From positions 1 through 25,480 of the IMG/VR virus record IMGVR_UViG_3300025168_000599: a stretch of 25,480 nt of DNA; one strand, written 5' to 3'. The notes beneath the pieces are model-generated. The model saw only the letters and a list, made by a program, of their open reading frames with translations. It searched no databases and was not told the DNA's origin. Source of the stretch: a virus. Taxonomy: Duplodnaviria > Caudoviricetes. Shown here piece by piece: positions 25,096 through 25,480 of this stretch. Both the position numbers and the translations under genes were made by a program. Each line of letters opens with the position of its first letter. Within the stretch, counting starts at the first letter, position 1.

Positions 25096-25480
25096 TGACC
25101 TACCTTCCCTACAAATTTAGCTATGTGATTTACAAATGGCAACAGACTTATCGCCATCAAAAGATTAACACCAGTGTGTATCATGGCTATGCGTAATGTG
25201 TCACCTCTTGGCATACCGTCAGACACTAGCAGCCCTGCCAACCAGATCGTACCTGTCGTACCTATGTTAGCCCCAAGCACAGCAGCCACAGCAGAAGGTA
25301 ACGGTAGTACACCTGATGCAACCAATGCAATGATAGCCGTAGTGGATAGGCTACTACTCTGCCATGCCAGTGTCATAACGATTGACCCAAAGAACATATA
25401 GATTGGGTTGCCCAAAAACCAAGTCAAGTGGTCTATGTTACCCATAGATTTCATACCCCCACTAAACATTTTTAGTCCCA
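25092..25480 (-). CDS. Na+/phosphate cotransporter family protein (NptA/SLC34-type repeat), 5'-truncated
   Basis: NP...G...T...QSSS and LGANIGTT signature motifs, followed by RIA..H...N. The frame stays open to the window edge (...GLKMFSGGMK). Confidence 0.85.
   Translation of the reverse strand, partial: GLKMFSGGMKSMGNIDHLTWFLGNPIYMFFGSIVMTLAWQSSSLSTTAIIALVASGVLPLPSAVAAVLGANIGTTGTIWLAGLLVSDGMPRGDTLRIAMIHTGVNLLMAISLLPFVNHIAKFVGKVGQ

Noticed and set aside
16534-25401. Numerous 60-121 aa overlapping or antisense ORFs within nrdJ, exonuclease, SSB, polA, primase-helicase, thyX and the transporter
   Set aside because: Nested in or overlapping well-supported genes, without recognisable motifs.
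1-25480. Prophage, intron/intein or stop-codon recoding
   Set aside because: No integrase, repressor or host genes. NrdJ, polymerase and helicase are normal length without insertions. Coding density is high under the standard code, with TAA, TAG and TGA all used as stops.

Overview
A 25.5-kb internal fragment of a lytic marine podovirus genome. Gene content and layout resemble SIO1-like cobaviruses (Zobellviridae; typical hosts are Rhodobacteraceae). This assignment is inferred from gene content, not from a database search. Two tightly packed arms converge at 14813-14816. The + arm (1-14816) is structural: a 5'-truncated tail-fibre-like gene, a GC-richer Gly-rich fibre / sulfotransferase / small fibre-associated protein / fibre chaperone cassette, three small membrane or exported proteins, and five putative internal-virion (ejection) proteins, one with a GH24 lysozyme domain. 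The - arm (14813-25480) covers replication and nucleotide metabolism: a truncated Na+/Pi cotransporter-family protein, a membrane protein, ThyX, T7-like primase-helicase, family A DNA polymerase, SSB, 5'-3' exonuclease, PD-(D/E)XK resolvase, MazG-like protein, B12-dependent class II RNR, endonuclease VII-like protein, DUF3310 and small ORFs. The most notable observations are: (1) a 1464-aa virion protein with 21 uninterrupted 22-residue Q/N-rich repeats and a 110-residue super-period, suggesting a very long DNA-delivery tube; (2) a sulfotransferase translationally coupled inside the tail-fibre cassette; (3) a phage Na/Pi cotransporter; (4) a 55-aa RMF-like ORF missed by the ORF track; (5) an internal sigma70-like promoter lacking the -7 T. 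No tRNA, rRNA, CRISPR array, integrase or IS element was recognised.
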